From Pedobacter sp. (GTDB lineage: Bacteria > Desulfobacterota > Desulfuromonadia > Desulfuromonadales > Syntrophotaleaceae), in contig JBFWJC010000004.1 of assembly GCA_050253415.1 (NCBI GenBank), positions 96,001 through 160,000 on the forward strand: DNA of 64,000 nt, written 5' to 3'. A program made the position numbers and the translations under genes. Positions 20,601 through 29,582 of this stretch are shown here, in pieces (the first letter of the stretch is position 1; the number at the start of each line of letters is the position of its first letter). A model generated the notes under the pieces. That model searched no databases. It was given only the letters and a program-made list of their open reading frames with translations, and was not told the origin of the DNA.

Positions 20601-21321
20601 ACAAGCTCTGTCAGCATTGCAAAACACCCTTTTTGACTGCATCATTCTTGACCTGACCCTGCCGGGGATGTCGGGGCAGGAGTTTCTTCACAAACTGCAT
20701 GAGCGCCAGGGCGAGGATTCCTTGCCGCCCGTTATCGTCTATACCGGCCAGGAACTATCCGAAGAGGCTTACAATGACTTGAGCGTGTTTGCCGATAGCG
20801 TGGTGGTCAAAGGGATCAACTCGCCGGAAAGATTGCTGGCGGAAGTGACTCTGTTTTTACACACTATCGATACCGCCCTGCCCCTGGAGCAACGGCTCCA
20901 GCCCCCCATGTTGCGCGACCATGACGATATTCTGCAAGGCCGCAATATCCTGTTGGTTGATGATGATGTGCGCAACACCTTCGCCCTTTCCCAGGTTCTG
21001 CGCAAGCATGGCCTGCAAGTAAGCCTGGCCGATGACGGGGAACTGGCACTGAAAAAACTGGCCATGGAACCTGACATCGAGCTGGTGCTGATGGATATCA
21101 TGATGCCGGTCATGGACGGATATGAAGCCATGCGTCGCATCCGCGCACAGCAGCGCTTTGCTAACTTACCGATCATCGCCTTGACTGCCAAAGCCATGTC
21201 CGAAGATCGTGCCCTCTGCCTTGAAGCCGGTGCCGATGACTATCTGTCCAAACCGGTCGATATGGACAAACTTCTCAGTCTGCTGCGTGTCTATCTGAGC
21301 CGGCAGGGAGATAAACCGTGA
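17683..21321 (+). CDS. Membrane hybrid histidine kinase: 4-helix-bundle sensor, HAMP, GAF, coiled coil, HisKA/HATPase, three receiver domains
   Basis: Two TM helices around a helical sensor, GAF (GEGLVGQA), FLANMSHELRTPLN, NLLSNAFKFT, DTGIGI, GGTGLGL, three REC domains (DLGLPD, DLTLPG, DIMMPV). Confidence 0.92.
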   Translation: MTPWRHLSVGARLLAGFSIVLLIAVLLVMVGLSRLTDLHHDIDYLVNNRMEAQYLAEDLRRDIFKAQQIALHIILTGQETDSASRAAIELLRQNNNQRAAGIEENLRTDEGQGLWAAMQETKNRARPLLDRTLSMALSNQKDQARQFFQEQAGPAHAAWVESIEKLVDHLKQKVAEAHADADAAYEFGRKVMLALAGLALLLGAALAIALARSITKPLNAAMLVANQIAKGRPYASNKDFFEGRKNIADQYEFQREDQVGKTLGAMLDNLWDFACANYREQWLKTGQRDLADSMRGQSEVEDLARRIITFIAKYVTAQVGVIYITDNSGDLHLCASYAHTRRKRLVDHIKPGEGLVGQAVLERQPIMVSNIPDDYIAITSGLGEMPPRHLLVIPLEYEGQIKGAIELGSVFAFSDIQLQFLQSVAESIAIAVQSAQNQTELAHLLDQSQAMSEELQAQQEELRASNEEMEEQTRLLRQSEERLKAQSEELQQINAELEEKSESLERQKSDVQRQNRQLEETGEALELQARELERASRYKSEFLANMSHELRTPLNSLLILAKDLLDNEEKNLSEEQLESVAIIRKGGIDLLTLINEILDLSKIESGKMTMQPENLALPSFIDALRSQFEPMSRYKDVEFHTVQAADLPASILIDPLRLEQILKNLLSNAFKFTHQGSVTLHLEPAPPELAKEPSLVFAVKDTGIGIPAEKQRDIFEAFQQADGSTVRQYGGTGLGLTISRELARLLGGRLMLESAVGVGSTFTLVVPLRAPQPQVVASAPARTVQPVSVPVSLPPVTFTPAPAPYLDDDRTQLQPGDKSLLVVEDDPVFAKTMLGMAEKRGFKRLAAGDGRSALALAVKHQPSAIILDLGLPDLPGEEVLQQLKTNRATRHIPVHIVSARDRDMRFMQQGAIGFISKPVSRADLGQVFQQVEGLLDKKVKELLIIEDDSTAQKALTTLLGDDDIRITCMNTAEQALSALQNTLFDCIILDLTLPGMSGQEFLHKLHERQGEDSLPPVIVYTGQELSEEAYNDLSVFADSVVVKGINSPERLLAEVTLFLHTIDTALPLEQRLQPPMLRDHDDILQGRNILLVDDDVRNTFALSQVLRKHGLQVSLADDGELALKKLAMEPDIELVLMDIMMPVMDGYEAMRRIRAQQRFANLPIIALTAKAMSEDRALCLEAGADDYLSKPVDMDKLLSLLRVYLSRQGDKP

Positions 21322-22148
21322 TCGACATGTGCGAGCCGGAACTTGAGGATCTGGAGATCGATCTGGTCCTGGAAGCGTTGCAGCGCCGATATGGCTACGA
21401 TTTTCGACATTACGCTCGCGCTACCCTCAAACGTCGTCTGGAAAAACGCTGTCAGGCCGCCGGATTGAACCATCTTTCGGAGATGCTGCCGATACTACTG
21501 CGGGATAAGGAATTCGTCGACCTGCTATTACGCGACATGTCGGTGGTCGTAACCGAAATGTTCCGCGACCCGGATTTTTTCAAAACCCTGCGCAACAAGG
21601 TAGTCCCGCAACTACGCACCTGGCCTTATCTCAAAGTCTGGCATGCCGGTTGCGCCACGGGGGAAGAATTATACTCCATGGCCATTCTGCTTACGGAAGA
21701 AGGACTGTATGAGCGCACCCGTTTTTATGCCACGGATTTCAACAGCCAGGCGCTTGCAATCGCTCGCGAAGGTATTTACCCCCTGGACAGGGTGGAGAAA
21801 TTCGCACGCAACTATCGTCAATCCGGGGGAATGGCTTCTTTTTCCGACTACAGCCTGGCCCGCTATCGCTCGGTCATGCTCAAACCGGAGTTGCGCAAGC
21901 GGGTAACCTTTGCCACCCACAACCTGGTGACGGACGGGGTATTCGGCGACATGAATCTCATCGTCTGTCGCAACGTGCTGATATATTTCGACAAAACCCT
22001 GCAGAACCGGGTACTGGAACTGTTTCGCGACAGCCTTTGCCATCTCGGGTTTTTATGCCTGGGGAATAAAGAAACGCTGGATTTCTCCTCCGTGGCCGAT
22101 GATTTTGAAGTTATCGACCGCGAACAACGCATCTATCGAAAGCGCTAG
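21318..22148 (+). CDS. cheR: CheR-type protein-glutamate O-methyltransferase
   Basis: YGYDFRHY, TEMFRD, WHAGCATGEE.YS, ATD, CRNVLIYF; overlaps the kinase stop (GTGA). Confidence 0.92.
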   Translation: MIDMCEPELEDLEIDLVLEALQRRYGYDFRHYARATLKRRLEKRCQAAGLNHLSEMLPILLRDKEFVDLLLRDMSVVVTEMFRDPDFFKTLRNKVVPQLRTWPYLKVWHAGCATGEELYSMAILLTEEGLYERTRFYATDFNSQALAIAREGIYPLDRVEKFARNYRQSGGMASFSDYSLARYRSVMLKPELRKRVTFATHNLVTDGVFGDMNLIVCRNVLIYFDKTLQNRVLELFRDSLCHLGFLCLGNKETLDFSSVADDFEVIDREQRIYRKR

Positions 22149-22159
22149 GAGTTTGTCGG

Positions 22160-22768
22160 ATGAACTCAAAAGCGAACCAGCGACCGATCAGGGCTATCGT
22201 CATAGGAGTTTCGGCAGGCGGGCTGCATGCTCTGCAGCAGATTCTTCCGCATTTACCTGCCGATTTTCCCCGGCCGGTTATGGTCGTGCAACACCGCGCT
22301 GCCGATAGCCATGGGTTTCTTGCAGAATTTTTAGATGGCAGGTGCGCCATCGCCGTCAAGGAAGCGGGCATGAATGAACCGCTTCGCCGTGGTGTCGTCT
22401 ACCTGGCACCGGCCGATTATCACTTGCTGGTGGAAAACGCCGAAACCCTGGCATTATCCATCGATCCGCCGGTACATTACTCGCGTCCTGCTATCGACGT
22501 ATTGTTTGAAAGTGCGGCAGACGTTTTTCGCGAAAACCTGGTTGCGGTTATTCTAACCGGCGCCAACAGCGATGGCTGCCAGGGCGCAATGCGCGTCAAG
22601 GCTCTCGGCGGCCTGGTTATCGTACAGGATCCAGCTACCGCAGAAGTCGACACCATGCCCACGGCAACTCTGCGCGCGGTGAGCGTCGATCATATATTAC
22701 CTTTGGAAGAAATAGGCCCCTATCTGGCCGGCTTGCACGGGAGCACTCATGAACCAGCATCTTCTTAA
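22160..22768 (+). CDS. cheB: CheB-type methylesterase, catalytic domain only (no receiver)
   Basis: Catalytic Ser/His/Asp in GVSAGG, VVQH and LTGANSDG; RPAIDVLFESAA; only 202 aa. Confidence 0.9.
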   Translation: MNSKANQRPIRAIVIGVSAGGLHALQQILPHLPADFPRPVMVVQHRAADSHGFLAEFLDGRCAIAVKEAGMNEPLRRGVVYLAPADYHLLVENAETLALSIDPPVHYSRPAIDVLFESAADVFRENLVAVILTGANSDGCQGAMRVKALGGLVIVQDPATAEVDTMPTATLRAVSVDHILPLEEIGPYLAGLHGSTHEPASS

Positions 22769-24167
22769 ACACCAAATAAATAAATACCAAAGTTCGTTTG
22801 GACTGCATAGCATGCCCAAACCTAAGGTTTTGCTGGTCGATGACCGCCAGGAAAACCTGCATGCACTGCAACGGCTTTTACGCTCACTCGATGCCGAACT
22901 GTTCTCGGCCACCAGTGGCACAGACGCCTTATCCCTGACCTTGCGTCACCAGTTTGCCCTGATTCTCCTTGATGTGCAGATGCCTGGCATGAACGGCTTT
23001 GAGGTGGCGGAATTTCTGCATGGCCATCCCGACACCCGCTCCATCCCGATTATTTTCATTACCGCCCTCAGCAAAGAAGAGCGCTACATTGCCAAGGGAT
23101 ATGAAGCCGGCGCCGTCGATTACCTCTCCAAACCATTGGATCCCGATACCCTGGTGACCAAAGTAAAGGTTTTCCTCGATCTCAATCGCAAAAGTCTTGA
23201 GCTGGAACAGACTCTGCTGGTCCTTTCCGAGTTGAACCACAAGCACAGGCTGCTGGTAGAATGCGCTGGAGAAGGGATTCTTGGCTTCGATGCAGACGGG
23301 TACATTACCTTTGCCAACCCCATGGCAAACACCATTCTGGCATCGGATGGCGGCAAACTGGTAGGACATCACCTCATGTACCTGTTCGGATCCGGCAAAA
23401 CGTCCCTTGCCGAATGGCAAGCCGGAGAGATTTACAAAGCCTGTCATTCCTGTAACCAGTTACGCAACGATGACACCATCCTTTGGAAACTTGACGGTAC
23501 CTCCTTTCCTGCCCAGTATACTTTAGCGCCTTACGAACCTGAAATGGGACTACGGGGCGGCGTCATGGTGATTCAGGATATTACCGTGCGCAAGCAGGCG
23601 GAACAGGCCCTTATTCGCCTGGCCAGCTTTGACTCCCTTACCGGCCTGGCCAACCGCATGCTGTTTATCAATTCTCTCAAGGAAGCGGTGTCCAAGGCCC
23701 GGCGTCATAACAAGCAGTTCGGATTGATTTTTCTTGATATGGACAAATTCAAGGATATCAACGACAACCTCGGCCACATGGCGGGTGATGACCTTTTGAG
23801 AATATTTGCCCAGCGTCTTAAAAGCTGTGTTCGCATCGAGGACATAGTCGCCCGGTTTGGGGGCGATGAATTCGCGATCCTTGTCGACGACATTTCCGAA
23901 CCTGCAAACCTCGCCTTCATGGCCGAAAAGATCATCTCACAAACTGCCATACCGGTAGAATTGAACGGTCGCAATATGTCCGTTTATACCAGTGCCGGAA
24001 TCGCTATCTACCCCGCCGATGGACAAACCGCCGAAGAACTGCTGCACGCCGCCGATACCGCCATGTATAAAGCCAAGGACAATGGCCGCAACGGATTCTG
24101 TTTTCATTCTTCCTTCGCCTGCCCCTTGCCTTCACAGAACCGTTCTTTGTCTTCAACGCCAAACTAA
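22749..24167 (+). CDS. Response-regulator diguanylate cyclase (REC-PAS-GGDEF)
   Basis: REC (VDDRQEN, LLDVQMP, SKP), PAS, DSLTGLANR, DMDKFKDINDNLGH.AGD, RIED I-site, RFGGDEF; alternative start at 22812. Confidence 0.92.
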   Translation: MNQHLLKHQINKYQSSFGLHSMPKPKVLLVDDRQENLHALQRLLRSLDAELFSATSGTDALSLTLRHQFALILLDVQMPGMNGFEVAEFLHGHPDTRSIPIIFITALSKEERYIAKGYEAGAVDYLSKPLDPDTLVTKVKVFLDLNRKSLELEQTLLVLSELNHKHRLLVECAGEGILGFDADGYITFANPMANTILASDGGKLVGHHLMYLFGSGKTSLAEWQAGEIYKACHSCNQLRNDDTILWKLDGTSFPAQYTLAPYEPEMGLRGGVMVIQDITVRKQAEQALIRLASFDSLTGLANRMLFINSLKEAVSKARRHNKQFGLIFLDMDKFKDINDNLGHMAGDDLLRIFAQRLKSCVRIEDIVARFGGDEFAILVDDISEPANLAFMAEKIISQTAIPVELNGRNMSVYTSAGIAIYPADGQTAEELLHAADTAMYKAKDNGRNGFCFHSSFACPLPSQNRSLSSTPN

Positions 24168-24201
24168 AAAAGCGAGGGAACCGTTTATCGGTTCCCTCGC
24201 T
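24166..24201 (-). terminator. Intrinsic terminator between convergent DGC gene and ftsZ (possibly bidirectional)
   Basis: Perfect 13-bp stem AGCGAGGGAACCG/CGGTTCCCTCGCT; the A-tract gives a U tail on the minus strand. Confidence 0.75.
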
Positions 24202-24359
24202 CAGGGAGTCGGAGAAGTCTGAATTTTAGAAAACAATATCCCCGATCAATCGGAAAACCCGATTAACCAAACAGCATCGCCGGTTATAAGGGAAAAAAGC
24301 GGAGAACTTGATTCCCGGCCGGTTCAGCCCGACGGATCGTCAGAAGATCAGGGCAGTTG

Positions 24360-25520
24360 TCAGTCGACCCTTTTGCGCATGAAGGTGGGAATATCGTATT
24401 CATGCTCTTCGCCCAGCGGCGTACGGAAAGCCGTGGGTGAATCTTTTTGACGCTCACGGATAAAGGTCGGCAAATCGCGATCAACCTTGTCCAAACCTGA
24501 ACCCGCGCGGCTACGCAGTTCTTCTACGTTGCGACGCCCCTTTTCGAAAGAATCGCCAAAACCGGTAGCGATAGCGGTGATCTTGATGCGGTCGCCCATT
24601 TCGTCGTTGATCACGATACCCATGATAATATTGGCATCCTCATGGACCTTGTCATGAATGATGCTGGACGCCTCATCGAATTCTTCCATGGTCATGCTTG
24701 AGGAAGCGGTGATATTGACCAGCACACCTTTGGCACCGGAGATATCGATATCTTCCAGCAGCGGGCTGCTGATAGCCTTCTGCGCAGCTTCGGCGGCACG
24801 CCGCTCACCCTCGGCGATACCGATACCCATCATGGCCATGCCGCGTTCGCTCATGACCGCTTTGACGTCGGCGAAGTCGACGTTGATCAGACCGCTGGTG
24901 GTAATCAGTTCGGAGATACCCTGAACCGCCTGGTGCAGCACATCATCGGAAGGCTTGAAGGCATCGAGAATACTGGTATTTTTGCCGGAAAGTCCGAGCA
25001 GGCGATCATTGGGGATAACGATCAGCGAGTCGACCACATTTTTGAGATTATCGATCCCGAAGGCCGCCTTTTTCATGCGCTGCTTGCCTTCACGGCTGAA
25101 TGGCTTGGTTACCACCGCAACGGTCAGAGCCCCCTGCTCCTTGGCCACTTCGGCAATAATCGGCGCGGCTCCGGTACCGGTTCCACCCCCCAGGCCGGCA
25201 GCGATGAATACCATATCGGCACCTTCGAGAATTTCGGCCAATCGCGCGCGGTCTTCCTGTGCCGCGTCACGACCGACTTCAGGATTGGCGCCGGCGCCAA
25301 GCCCCTTGGTCAACTTGCCACCGATCTGCAATTTAACCGGCGCTTTGCTTTTGCGCAGTGCCTGGGCGTCGGTGTTGGCTGCCACAAAATCGACACCCTC
25401 CAATTCAGCCATGATCATGGTGTTGACGGCATTGTTGCCACCGCCACCAACGCCGATCACTTTAATTTTTGCCGTCTGGTCGATGTTTTCATCGAACTCG
25501 AACATGATATTATCCGACAT
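24360..25520 (-). CDS. ftsZ: Cell division protein FtsZ
   Basis: [37 protein letters not shown]-terminal DIPTFMRK. Confidence 0.98.
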   Translation of the reverse strand: MSDNIMFEFDENIDQTAKIKVIGVGGGGNNAVNTMIMAELEGVDFVAANTDAQALRKSKAPVKLQIGGKLTKGLGAGANPEVGRDAAQEDRARLAEILEGADMVFIAAGLGGGTGTGAAPIIAEVAKEQGALTVAVVTKPFSREGKQRMKKAAFGIDNLKNVVDSLIVIPNDRLLGLSGKNTSILDAFKPSDDVLHQAVQGISELITTSGLINVDFADVKAVMSERGMAMMGIGIAEGERRAAEAAQKAISSPLLEDIDISGAKGVLVNITASSSMTMEEFDEASSIIHDKVHEDANIIMGIVINDEMGDRIKITAIATGFGDSFEKGRRNVEELRSRAGSGLDKVDRDLPTFIRERQKDSPTAFRTPLGEEHEYDIPTFMRKRVD

Positions 25521-25598
25521 GACTCCCTCCGATCCCCTTGTTGGCCAAGGCTCTCCGTAACCCGGCCGCGTTTAAAATGTCGCACTACCCCGCCGCTA

Positions 25599-26828
25599 TC
25601 AGAAAAATTCCACAAACCATTCTTTCATGCGTTTCAGAACCTTGTCGAACAGGTTATCCGAACCACCTTTAAACTTCGATGCGCCCCCACAACGCGCGCC
25701 GTATTTTACCAGACCAACCCCGGTGGCATAAATCGGCGAATGCACCACATCGGTCAGTCCGCCAATCCCCTGCGGCAAGCCGCGTCGCACCGGGAGATTA
25801 AAAATCTGCTCGGCCATCTCCGGCATCCCGGGCAGGATACAGCTACCGCCTGTCAGCACAATACCGGAAGCAAGAAGATCCTCGAAGCCGCTTTTAATGA
25901 TATCACGCTGCACCAGGGTGAAAATCTCTTCGACCCTTGGTTCGAGAATTTCGGCCAACAGGTGGCGCGAAAGGATGCGCGGTTCGCGCCCCCCGACCGA
26001 CGGCACTTCGATGGTCTCATCCTTACCGACCATGGACGTCATGGCGCAGCCGTATTTTTGTTTGATGACTTCGGCCTCGGCCATGGGCGTGCGCAGGCCA
26101 ACGGCAATATCGTTGGTCAGGTGGTTGCCTCCAAGGGACAGTACCGAGGTATGCTTGATGGCGCCGTCGACAAAGATCGCAATATCCGTCGTACCTCCGC
26201 CGATATCGACCAGAGCCACTCCGAGATCTTTTTCGTCGGCCGAGAGGACAGCTTCGGATGAAGCGAGTTGCTCAAGCACGATATCGGACACGCCGACTTC
26301 GGCCTTATAACAGCTACGGACAATGTTCTGGGCGCTGGCCGTTGCAGCCGTGACAATATGAACTTTGGCTTCCAGACGCACACCGCACATACCCAGGGGA
26401 TCCAGAATGCCGTCCTGGTCGTCGATAATGTATTCCTGGGGCAGAGTATGAATCACTTCGCGATCCATGGGGATGGCAATGGCCTTGGCGGCATCAAGGA
26501 CCCGGCGTATGTCATCGTGGGTCACTTCCCGTGTTTTGACAGCAATCACCCCTTGGGAATTAAACCCTCGAATATGACCGCCGGCGATCCCGGCATAGAC
26601 ACTGTCAATCTTACAGTCGGCCATGAGTTCGGCTTCGCTGAGTGCCTTGCGGATGGCTTCCACGGTGCTCTCGATGTTGATCACCACGCCTTTACGCAGC
26701 CCGCGGGACGGGCTGGTTCCTATGCCGACGATATCCAGACCGTCTTCGTTCTGATGGCCGACAATGGCGCAAATCTTGGTGGTACCGATATCCAGTCCCA
26801 CGATCAGATTGTTTTTATTATTGCTCAT
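25599..26828 (-). CDS. ftsA: Cell division protein FtsA
   Basis: GLDIGTTK, VDIGGGTTD, LTGG, C-terminal amphipathic KRMKEWFVEFF. Confidence 0.97.
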   Translation of the reverse strand: MSNNKNNLIVGLDIGTTKICAIVGHQNEDGLDIVGIGTSPSRGLRKGVVINIESTVEAIRKALSEAELMADCKIDSVYAGIAGGHIRGFNSQGVIAVKTREVTHDDIRRVLDAAKAIAIPMDREVIHTLPQEYIIDDQDGILDPLGMCGVRLEAKVHIVTAATASAQNIVRSCYKAEVGVSDIVLEQLASSEAVLSADEKDLGVALVDIGGGTTDIAIFVDGAIKHTSVLSLGGNHLTNDIAVGLRTPMAEAEVIKQKYGCAMTSMVGKDETIEVPSVGGREPRILSRHLLAEILEPRVEEIFTLVQRDIIKSGFEDLLASGIVLTGGSCILPGMPEMAEQIFNLPVRRGLPQGIGGLTDVVHSPIYATGVGLVKYGARCGGASKFKGGSDNLFDKVLKRMKEWFVEFF

Positions 26829-26852
26829 CTCCGTGCCTTCCCCCCTTGGAAT

Positions 26853-27701
26853 CTACCCTTTGCCCCGCACATCGCCGGCATCCAATTTTACAATAATCCG
26901 CCGAGTAACGTTCAGGTCGATATAATCGATAAAACTCAATCGTGTCTTGAGTTGTGGAAAGATCTTCTCAAGGCGATTCAACTTGCTGTCGAAATCGCTC
27001 TGCCCTATGCGCACCGGCACGCCACCCATGCAAGTATAAAGGGTAATGCTGCCAGTTTCATCAAGACTTAGCTCCGAAACGTCGCCTGTTCCAAAAACTT
27101 TGCGTCCTTCAAGACTTTCAAGCACCCCGAGTACAGCGTCAAGATGCTGCATGGTCGTTTCATCACGCGCCAGCAGTGCCTGCCTGTCAATGCCTGAGAT
27201 GACCGGAAAATCGAGATGATCGCCCCTTTCCAGCCTTTTAAAGACCTGCCCCGCAGCATCGAGATAATACAGATAATCGAGGCGCACAATGGCCTTGGGC
27301 GTCCGCTCGGCAACATGAATAACCAATTGATTCGGAAACAGCCGCCGGACCCTGGCATTGGCTATCCAGGGATTTTCCTCTATACGGGTACTGATACGCC
27401 CCAGGTCGAGTTCAAATATATTGGTACCGGGATGGATATCCGACAACGCCAGAATCTCTTCACGGCTGATGCGACGGTTGTTTTCCACCCGAATCTGTTC
27501 CACCTTGAAATAGTCGGAGGCGAACAGCATCTGCGCGGCAAAGTAAGCTACAGCAACAACCATCGACAGACTGGCCAGGGTCATGGTACCCCACAGTGAG
27601 CCAATCAGCAAGCGTCGCCATGGAATAACCCGGCGTTGTTTCCTGAAATGGTTGCCTTTACGACTATTTCGTCGTTTTTTTGAGGGTCCGATATTGACCA
27701 T
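26853..27701 (-). CDS. ftsQ: Cell division protein FtsQ/DivIB
   Basis: Basic N-tail, single TM, POTRA domain (NPWIANARVRRLFPNQL...ERTP), YIDL; dcw position. Confidence 0.9.
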   Translation of the reverse strand: MVNIGPSKKRRNSRKGNHFRKQRRVIPWRRLLIGSLWGTMTLASLSMVVAVAYFAAQMLFASDYFKVEQIRVENNRRISREEILALSDIHPGTNIFELDLGRISTRIEENPWIANARVRRLFPNQLVIHVAERTPKAIVRLDYLYYLDAAGQVFKRLERGDHLDFPVISGIDRQALLARDETTMQHLDAVLGVLESLEGRKVFGTGDVSELSLDETGSITLYTCMGGVPVRIGQSDFDSKLNRLEKIFPQLKTRLSFIDYIDLNVTRRIIVKLDAGDVRGKG

Positions 27702-27729
27702 GCTCATTACCTCAGCGCACGTGTAGAAA

Positions 27730-28650
27730 TTACTTTCGAACTGCGGCACCCACAAGAATACGCTCAACTAACTCATCGAAAGACATGCCAATGGCACCGG
27801 CCGCCTTGGGCAACAAACTGGTTTCGGTCATGCCCGGAATGGTGTTGACCTCCAGGCAGTAAAATTCTGATGCGGTCACCATGAAATCGACCCGCGCCGC
27901 ACCACTGCAACCGATGGCCTCGAAAACCTGTACGGCTGCGTCCTGCAGTTCCCGATACATGGCTTCCGGTAGCGGGGCCGGTAAAAGATATTCGGTATGC
28001 CCCGGCGTGTATTTTGCCTGGTAATCGTAAAAGCCCCCTTTGGGCACCACCTGAATGATCGGCAGCGGCTGCCCATCCAGAACCCCGACGGTGACCTCCG
28101 CTCCGGCAATGAACTGTTCGACCAGCACCAGGTCGTCGTGCCGGAAAGCCTCGTCGAGACCAGCCGCCAGTTCCTCCTGGTTGTGCACAATGCTGATACC
28201 GATGGTCGAGCCTTCCCTGGCAGGTTTAACTACCAGAGGGTAGTCCGGCAAAGTTCCCTGCTGCTCTTGGCCTGCGCGAATAAAAGCAAACGCAGGAGTG
28301 GCAATGCCGTGGTAACAGAGCATCTTCTTCGTCGCAACCTTATCCATAGCCAGGCTGGAAGCCAACACGCCACTGCCGGTATAAGGGACGCCCAACATTT
28401 CCAGCAAACCCTGCACCGTGCCATCCTCACCAAAGCGTCCGTGCAAGGCGATGAATGCCACCTCGACTCCGGCTTCCTGCAGTTGAACGGCAAGGTCGCG
28501 ACCGGCATCGATATCAGTCACATTATACCCGCACCGAGCAAGGGCCTGGCTGATTGCTCGTCCGGTCCGCAGGGACACGTCCCGCTCGGCAGAAAGGCCG
28601 CCCATCAATACGGCGATTTTTTTTTGCTTTAGTTCCTGGCGTCGCATCAT
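27730..28650 (-). CDS. ddl: D-alanine--D-alanine ligase
   Basis: GGLSAERDVSL, LHGRFGEDG, KPAREGS, YDYQAKY, LEVNTIPG. Confidence 0.96.
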   Translation of the reverse strand: MMRRQELKQKKIAVLMGGLSAERDVSLRTGRAISQALARCGYNVTDIDAGRDLAVQLQEAGVEVAFIALHGRFGEDGTVQGLLEMLGVPYTGSGVLASSLAMDKVATKKMLCYHGIATPAFAFIRAGQEQQGTLPDYPLVVKPAREGSTIGISIVHNQEELAAGLDEAFRHDDLVLVEQFIAGAEVTVGVLDGQPLPIIQVVPKGGFYDYQAKYTPGHTEYLLPAPLPEAMYRELQDAAVQVFEAIGCSGAARVDFMVTASEFYCLEVNTIPGMTETSLLPKAAGAIGMSFDELVERILVGAAVRK

Positions 28651-28681
28651 AACTTTCGTATTCCCCAAACTAGGAAGGCTT

Positions 28682-29581
28682 TCAGGCCTCTCCGATCACT
28701 TGTACTTCAGGCTCCAGCATGATGCCGGTCCGCCCTCGTACCACTTCTTGTATTTCACCGATCAACGACAAAACATCGGTCGCCCTGGCTCCACCACGGT
28801 TAATGATGAAATTGGCGTGTTTATCCGAAATCTGTGCACCGCCCACAGTGTGGCCACGCAGGCCTGACTCATCGATCAAGCGCCAGGCTTGCTGGCCCGG
28901 GGGGTTTTTGAACACCGAACCGGCATTGGGTTTGCCGACTCCCTGGGCTTTGCGGCGTGCGTTCAACCGTTGCTGCACGCGCGCTTCGAGCATTTCCGGA
29001 TCAGCAGGCGTAAAACGCAGCATCGCTGCGGCGACGATACGACCGGACGGCACTGCCGAAGTGCGGTATCGCATTTCGAGACGCGCGGCGGGCCAGTATT
29101 CCATCCCCTCGGATCCGGCAAGAAACGCGCCTTCCAATACCCCGGCCATATCCTGCCCACCGGCGCCGGCATTCATCTTTACGGCACCGCCGACGGTTGC
29201 CGGAATGCCCGCAAGATCCTCAAGACCTGCCAGACCGAGCCGGACCGCCTGACGAACCAGTCGCATCATGGGAAGACCGCCACCAACCCTGGCTGTGCCA
29301 TCCTCATGAAACACCATGCTTTGCAAAGCGTTCATGTGGATGACCGCACCGCGAAAACCGCCATCGCGCACCAACAAATTGCTCCCCGTACCCAACGCCA
29401 TCCAGGGGATTTTGACCCGCGCCAGCAGGTGCAGGACCGTCAACAGTTCTTCGTCGCTTTGCGGAGCGACAAACAGCTCTGCCGGGCCACCAATACGCCA
29501 GGTAGTATGGCGGCGTAGCGGTTCGCCGACCAGCACCGGTCCCTGTAAAATTTCACGTAATTCAGCGGCCACTAAATTCAT
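28682..29581 (-). CDS. murB: UDP-N-acetylenolpyruvoylglucosamine reductase
   Basis: HTTWRIGGPA, GSNLLV, GIPATVGGAVKMNAGA, AGSVFKNP, HANFIIN. Confidence 0.95.
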   Translation of the reverse strand: MNLVAAELREILQGPVLVGEPLRRHTTWRIGGPAELFVAPQSDEELLTVLHLLARVKIPWMALGTGSNLLVRDGGFRGAVIHMNALQSMVFHEDGTARVGGGLPMMRLVRQAVRLGLAGLEDLAGIPATVGGAVKMNAGAGGQDMAGVLEGAFLAGSEGMEYWPAARLEMRYRTSAVPSGRIVAAAMLRFTPADPEMLEARVQQRLNARRKAQGVGKPNAGSVFKNPPGQQAWRLIDESGLRGHTVGGAQISDKHANFIINRGGARATDVLSLIGEIQEVVRGRTGIMLEPEVQVIGEA

Positions 29582-29582
29582 A

